Shown here in pieces: positions 57,103 to 61,333 of a DNA stretch of 61,333 nucleotides (the first letter of the stretch is position 1; every line of letters begins with the position of its first letter). The notes under the pieces are model-generated. The model ran no database searches and was not told the DNA's origin. It saw only the letters and a program-made list of their open reading frames with translations. The position numbers and the translations under genes were made by a program. Origin of the DNA: Candidatus Nanopelagicales bacterium (lineage in GTDB: Bacteria; Actinomycetota; Actinomycetes; S36-B12); contig JBDNFH010000164.1 of the NCBI GenBank assembly GCA_041689915.1, positions 1 through 61,333 on the forward strand, written 5' to 3'.

Positions 57103-57744
57103 ATGAAAATCGAATTTCACGCATACGTCGATGAGTCAGTGAAGCCAATCCGCGATTTTCGAACTCTCCGGCCCCTCGCAGATCGTCATTATGTCGTCGC
57201 CGCAATCACGGTTTTTGAATCCGACGCCCAGCACCTAAGACTCGAATTGCAGACTTTGAGAAATCAGATTCAGGTGCCCGTTCATTACTCTGAAATGAAT
57301 CAGGTCACACGGCTTCATACGCTTGACGCCGTGTCCAAATTTCCAGATTGGGATGGCTATCTATTTGAAACTTCCAATCCAAATACACGATCCGAGCGGC
57401 ATACTCGAGACAAAATACTCAAAGTCGCACTCGTTGATCTGGCTCAGAAGCGAGGAGCCAGCGAGGTAACAATCGAGTCGCGAAATATCAATCTTGATGA
57501 ACAGATTGAAGTGACGCACCACGGTCTAGACAGACACGACATCTCAACGCTTGCCAGCTTGCGATCAAAAGGAGTCCTCGGGCAAGATCTCGGTCTCGAT
57601 CATGCAACAAAATCCGAAGAAATCCTGTGGTTAGCTGATTTGCTTGCAAGTTCGCGAACTGACTTTCTATGTCACCCAAAAAGGCTCGGCTACTACGCTC
57701 GAATTTCACACCGGGTTCGTGAAATTACCCAAGTTCCCATCTAG
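57103..57744 (+). CDS. hypothetical protein, DUF3800-like motif pattern
   Basis: 213 aa. MKIEFHAYVDES near the N-terminus, VHYSEM in the middle and ILWLADLLASS near the C-terminus resemble the three conserved DUF3800 blocks. GC appears lower than its high-GC flanks. Confidence 0.4.
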   Translation: MKIEFHAYVDESVKPIRDFRTLRPLADRHYVVAAITVFESDAQHLRLELQTLRNQIQVPVHYSEMNQVTRLHTLDAVSKFPDWDGYLFETSNPNTRSERHTRDKILKVALVDLAQKRGASEVTIESRNINLDEQIEVTHHGLDRHDISTLASLRSKGVLGQDLGLDHATKSEEILWLADLLASSRTDFLCHPKRLGYYARISHRVREITQVPI

Positions 57745-57768
57745 GTAATTACCTCCTGGAAACGCAGA

Positions 57769-57802
57769 GGCCCCGGGACGCTGATCCAGCGCCAATCCGG
57801 GG
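57769..57802 (+). terminator. possible terminator hairpin after the DUF3800-like gene
   Basis: GCCCCGG (57769-57775) pairs with CCGGGGC (57796-57802). There is an inner CGCTG/CAGCG stem. It is followed by GTACTTTTA. Confidence 0.35.
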
Positions 57803-57884
57803 CGTACTTTTAACGACGTCCCAAGACGAATCCAAGAACAACTCGCTAACCAAGGAAAATGTACAACGTGGTGATGAATGTTGT

Positions 57885-57925
57885 CAATAGCGCAATAGCG
57901 CAATGGTGTAATGGTGTAATGGTGT
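57885..57925. repeat. compound 8-bp microsatellite
   Basis: (CAATAGCG)x2 at 57885-57900, then C, then (AATGGTGT)x3 at 57902-57925. Confidence 0.85.
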
Positions 57926-58132
57926 ACCCAACCACCGACACGACCCAGACGTAATGGTCACGCTGATCCCATTCGATGGTGTATGCGCGAGTTGGACCGG
58001 ATCGAGATCGAAGGCACAACCGTCGCCGCAGTCATTCAGGTGATTCTCGACTGCTACGGCGACCCCGGCCGCCTGGGGCCGAGCAGGCCGACATTGTCTC
58101 GGGTACCGACCACACCGCCAAACCCGAGCGAC

Positions 58133-58534
58133 TCAGGGCGTGATGAGGCGCAAGCCCTCATACTCGGCGAAGTCTTCGAAGTCGGAGACATTTAGCGTTG
58201 CCAAAGGCAGATCATAGGCAAGACAATTAGGTGGCGATCCACGAGTCGTTGACCGGTCCAGGTCGGCCACGCTTCTGGGCATAGGCCCACGATCTCGCCC
58301 CATCTCCGGGCGACGTCAGTGCCACCTGGAATCTTCCGGCCTCATCCCGAGAAAGACCTCGATAGCTCCGCGTCGGCGCGCGCCAAGATCACGGAGATAG
58401 ACCCACTTCGTCAACTCGCCCACCGTCACAAAAGTGATCGCTGCTTCGTGGGGCGCCAGAAGTTCGCGGAAGTTGGGCGCCAACGAGCCCTTGAGGAGAT
58501 TCGACGCGACGTCGGTGTCGAGGACGATCCGCAT
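58133..58534 (-). pseudogene. vapC: PIN-domain VapC toxin gene disrupted by frameshifts
   Basis: Frame A reads MRIVLDTDVASNLL...ITFVTVGEL...EVFLG and then hits TGA at 58316. The expected continuation is scattered: TDVARRWGEIVG in a second frame, YAQKRGRPGPVNDSWIAT in a third, then NCLAYDLPLATLNVSDFEDFAEYEGLRLITP* back in frame A. Confidence 0.7.
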
Positions 58535-58570
58535 GCGTTCAGCTCACGCGATGCTGGCGGCGCGCTCAGC

Positions 58571-58723
58571 CTAAAGCCAGACCAGAAACTCGGCGTCGCT
58601 CTCGAAGAAGCCCGGGACCGTCCATTCGCTGCCGTCGCCAATCGGTTTGGCGTCTCGGAAGATGTCATCAAGGTCGACACGGTCGACCCACGCCTCGCGC
58701 GTGACCGGATGCGGTTTGCTCAT
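58571..58723 (-). pseudogene. possible VapB-type antitoxin remnant
   Basis: A 50-codon ORF, MSKPHPVTREAWVDRVDLDDIFRDAKPIGDGSEWTVPGFFESDAEFLVWL, ends at TAG. The same frame continues for 8 codons to a TGA at 58544, 10 nt before the vapC ATG, which suggests a nonsense mutation. No family motif recognised. Confidence 0.3.
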
Positions 58724-58946
58724 CGTGGTTGACCTCCCAAAGTTGCCGACAGGACCAGTGTCCTATGGGCGACCCACAACGACGGGAGGCGACGCCGCAA
58801 CGAGGCCGCCACCGTGGCCGATTTGGCAACAATTTGACAACACCAGGTCCAGAAACAGTCCGATTCGGCCAACAACGCCCATTCGTCAAAACGACGTCAG
58901 ACTTGCGATTTCATTGATTTTCACCACATCACATCGCCGTCTGGAG

Positions 58947-58991
58947 GCCCTCTCAAGGCGGTAGCGCGGGTTCGAATCCCGTCGGGGCTAC
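58947..58991 (+). repeat. attR-like copy of the 45-bp tRNA-Glu-derived direct repeat
   Basis: Identical to 56427-56471. The upstream tRNA half is absent here. Confidence 0.9.
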
Positions 58992-59068
58992 AATCCGGTG
59001 GGGGAGTCAAAATAGATTCCCCCAGCGCGTGAGTTATTCGAGTACACCGCGAGGAATTGGAGTCAGAC

Positions 59069-60475
59069 ATGGGCCGCACATTGGCAGAGAAGGTTTGGTC
59101 GGACCACGTTGTTCATGAAGGTGACGGACTACCTGATTTGCTTTACATTGATTTGCACCTGATTCACGAGGTCACCAGCCCGCAGGCATTTGACGGATTA
59201 CGGGCAGCGGGTAGGCCCCTGCGCAGGCCTGATCTGACGGTAGCAACCGAAGATCACAATATTCCCACCGTTGATGTTGACAAGCCGATTGCGGACCCAG
59301 TTTCGCGCATACAGGTAGAGACGCTTCGCAAGAACTGTGAAGAATTCAGAGTCACGCTTTTCCCCCTTGGTGACGTCGAGCAAGGAATCGTGCACGTTGT
59401 TGGACCGCAAATGGGCCTGACCCAACCGGGCATGACGATTGTCTGCGGGGATTCGCATACCAGTACACATGGCGCATTTGGCGCATTAGCATTTGGGATC
59501 GGCACCAGCGAAGTTGAGCATGTTATGGCAACCCAGACGCTTCCGCTGAAACCATTTAAGACAATGGCCATAACCGTGGAGGGTGATCTACCAGTCGGGG
59601 TCACCTCCAAGGACATCATCCTTGCTGTTATTGCCAAAATCGGGACTGCTGGAGGCCAAGGCTATGTACTTGAATACCGGGGCTCGGCGATTAAAGCGCT
59701 TTCTATGGAAGGTCGCATGACCATTTGCAACATGTCCATTGAGGCTGGTGCTCGCGCCGGAATGGTTGCCCCAGACGCTACAACTTTTGAATACATAAAG
59801 GGAAAATCGCATGCGCCGCAAGGTTCGGATTGGGAAGCCGCGGTTGCTTACTGGGAAACCCTTGTCACAGATCCTGATGCGAGATTTGATAAAGAAATTA
59901 CATTCGATGCGTCGACTTTGCGACCATTCGTTACTTGGGGCACCAATCCAGGGCAGGGTTTGCCACTTGACCAAGTCGTTCCAGACCCTCAATCTTACAC
60001 CGACCCAGTTGAGCGGGCCGCGATCGAAAGTGCACTCGCTTACATGGACCTACGTCCTGGTCAGCCGCTAAAGGAAATCCCCATTGACACGGTCTTCCTT
60101 GGGTCCTGTACAAATGGGCGAATAGAAGATCTGCGCGCGGCCGCGCACGTTATCAAGAACCGCAAGGTGGCAGACGGAGTTCGACTACTTGTCGTACCAG
60201 GGTCCACTCGAGTGCGTCTTGAGGCTGAGTCTGAAGGCTTGGATCAAATATTTCTTGACGCAGGCGCGGAGTGGCGCGGAGCCGGTTGCTCAATGTGTTT
60301 GGCCATGAACTCAGACAAATTAAACCCCGGTGAGCGAAGCGCCTCGACATCGAATCGTAACTTTGAAGGACGGCAAGGGCCTGGTGGTCGAACCCACTTG
60401 GTCTCGCCAGAAGTCGCTGCTGCAACTGCAGTTCGCGGCACTCTCAGTGCCCCAGCTGATTTAGTGGAGGTTTAA
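59069..60475 (+). CDS. leuC: 3-isopropylmalate dehydratase large subunit
   Basis: [11 protein letters not shown]-terminus, with VCGDSHT and GSCTNGR Fe-S ligand motifs. GGAG lies 6 nt upstream of ATG 59069. Confidence 0.95.
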   Translation: MGRTLAEKVWSDHVVHEGDGLPDLLYIDLHLIHEVTSPQAFDGLRAAGRPLRRPDLTVATEDHNIPTVDVDKPIADPVSRIQVETLRKNCEEFRVTLFPLGDVEQGIVHVVGPQMGLTQPGMTIVCGDSHTSTHGAFGALAFGIGTSEVEHVMATQTLPLKPFKTMAITVEGDLPVGVTSKDIILAVIAKIGTAGGQGYVLEYRGSAIKALSMEGRMTICNMSIEAGARAGMVAPDATTFEYIKGKSHAPQGSDWEAAVAYWETLVTDPDARFDKEITFDASTLRPFVTWGTNPGQGLPLDQVVPDPQSYTDPVERAAIESALAYMDLRPGQPLKEIPIDTVFLGSCTNGRIEDLRAAAHVIKNRKVADGVRLLVVPGSTRVRLEAESEGLDQIFLDAGAEWRGAGCSMCLAMNSDKLNPGERSASTSNRNFEGRQGPGGRTHLVSPEVAAATAVRGTLSAPADLVEV

Positions 60476-60477
60476 TA

Positions 60478-61074
60478 ATGGAGGCATTCACCGCTCACAC
60501 TGGAACCGCGGCACCCCTGCGTCGCAGTAACGTTGATACGGATCAAATAATTCCCGCCGAGTACCTCAAGCGAATAACCCGGCACGGCTTTGAAGATGCA
60601 CTATTTGCTAGTTGGCGCAAGGACCCGGAGTTTGTACTCAACCTTCCGCAGTATCAAGATGTCTCGATATTAATCACTGGCCCCGATTTCGGAACGGGAT
60701 CTTCACGCGAGCATGCCGTCTGGGCATTGCAGGATTACGGATTCAAAGTCGTTCTCAGTTCACGTTTCGCAGATATTTTCCGAGGTAATTCAGGGAAAGG
60801 TGGACTACTCACCGCTGTCATTCCTCAAACCGCGATTGAGACGCTCTGGGAAATCATTGAATCAAGCCCAAATACGCCGATCACGGTGGATCTGCAGGAC
60901 CGTAAAGTTACTGCTGGGGAGTACAGCTGTGATTTCGAGGTAGATGACTATGTTCGCTGGCGTCTGTTAGAGGGCCTGGACGACATTGGGATCACACTTG
61001 AACAAGCTGATGCAATTGATGAGTTTGAGAAAAGCCGCCCATCGTTTAAACCTGTTCTTACTTCATCTCCGTAA
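60478..61074 (+). CDS. leuD: 3-isopropylmalate dehydratase small subunit
   Basis: [13 protein letters not shown] motif, 198 aa. Confidence 0.95.
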   Translation: MEAFTAHTGTAAPLRRSNVDTDQIIPAEYLKRITRHGFEDALFASWRKDPEFVLNLPQYQDVSILITGPDFGTGSSREHAVWALQDYGFKVVLSSRFADIFRGNSGKGGLLTAVIPQTAIETLWEIIESSPNTPITVDLQDRKVTAGEYSCDFEVDDYVRWRLLEGLDDIGITLEQADAIDEFEKSRPSFKPVLTSSP

Positions 61075-61228
61075 TGTCAGAAGGCCACAAATTGCCAGAC
61101 TACGGATCCCGAAAGATGTTGCGCGCCAACACCTTTGGGCGTGGCTAAAGCGTAATCTGGCGACTTTAGAGTTAGATTTAGGTGTTGATCACAAGATCAA
61201 CCTAATCACCCTCCGGAGGGGTTAAATC

Positions 61229-61333
61229 GTGAACAAAGCAGAACTCATTGATGCAGTAGCGGGTCGAGGCGACGTTAGTAAGCGTGAAGTCACCGAGATC
61301 GTTGATGCATTCATCGAAGAAATTAAGAAGTCC
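61229..61333 (+). CDS. hupB: HU-type nucleoid-associated DNA-binding protein, first 35 codons (runs off window)
   Basis: GTG 61229 is preceded by GGAGGGG. (V)NKAELIDAVAGRGDVSKREVTEIVDAFIEEIKKS is a typical HU N-terminus. The position after leuCD matches other actinobacteria. Confidence 0.85.
   Translation, partial: MNKAELIDAVAGRGDVSKREVTEIVDAFIEEIKKS

Larger units (their letters stand above)
56472..58991. mobile_element. decayed ~2.5-kb integrative element inserted in tRNA-Glu
   Basis: It is bounded by the 45-bp tRNA-derived direct repeat. It contains a recombinase-like fragment, a DUF3800-like gene and a broken vapBC pair. Composition is mosaic. Confidence 0.75.

Noticed and set aside
57983-58195. 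70-aa plus-strand ORF in the tRNA-Glu element. Similar cases are 58319-58732 (+, 137 aa), 56820-57008 (+), 56670-57026 (-) and 56737-56952 (-).
   Set aside because: They overlap or run antisense to the vapC/vapB and recombinase remnants in high-GC DNA. They have no motifs or start signals and are consistent with off-frame noise in decayed sequence.

Overview
The window is an actinobacterial chromosomal backbone of moderate GC. Hand-counted 60-nt windows give mostly about 40-55% GC. Gene order matches the conserved mycobacterial/streptomycete arrangement: mce, thiolase, meaB, then glgB-glgE and glgX. These are followed by a methyltransferase/GT4/acyltransferase/GH57 glucan cluster, etfBA, iscS-mnmA, ligA, gatCAB and ilvD. 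Next come an attenuator-controlled ilvBNC, serA, leuA, leuB, ilvE, cimA, gltX, tRNA-Gln, tRNA-Glu, leuCD and hupB. Coding density is very high, with many ATGA/GTGA start-stop overlaps. Two accessory insertions interrupt this backbone.

(1) About 8.05-23.25 kb is a high-GC block (sample windows 62-73%) between glgE and glgX, bounded by two unrelated transposase remnants (ISKra4-like on the left, IS30-like on the right). It carries a small HTH gene and a complete, translationally coupled type 1 BREX operon: brxA-brxB-brxC-pglX-[rhuM-like]-pglZ-brxL. Three things make this BREX locus atypical. A RhuM-family gene is welded between pglX and pglZ by overlapping start/stop codons. About 1.3 kb of lower GC inside pglX lies where the target-recognition part is expected. 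The BrxL C-terminus is not Lon-protease-like and instead matches the PLD-fold MIT_C domain known from eukaryotic MITD1.

(2) About 56.47-58.99 kb is a decayed integrative element in tRNA-Glu, delimited by a 45-bp direct repeat of the tRNA 3' half. It holds a tyrosine-recombinase remnant, one intact lower-GC DUF3800-like gene and a frameshifted vapBC pair.

No rRNA genes or CRISPR arrays were seen. All family assignments rest on motif recognition by eye and need HMM/BLAST confirmation.
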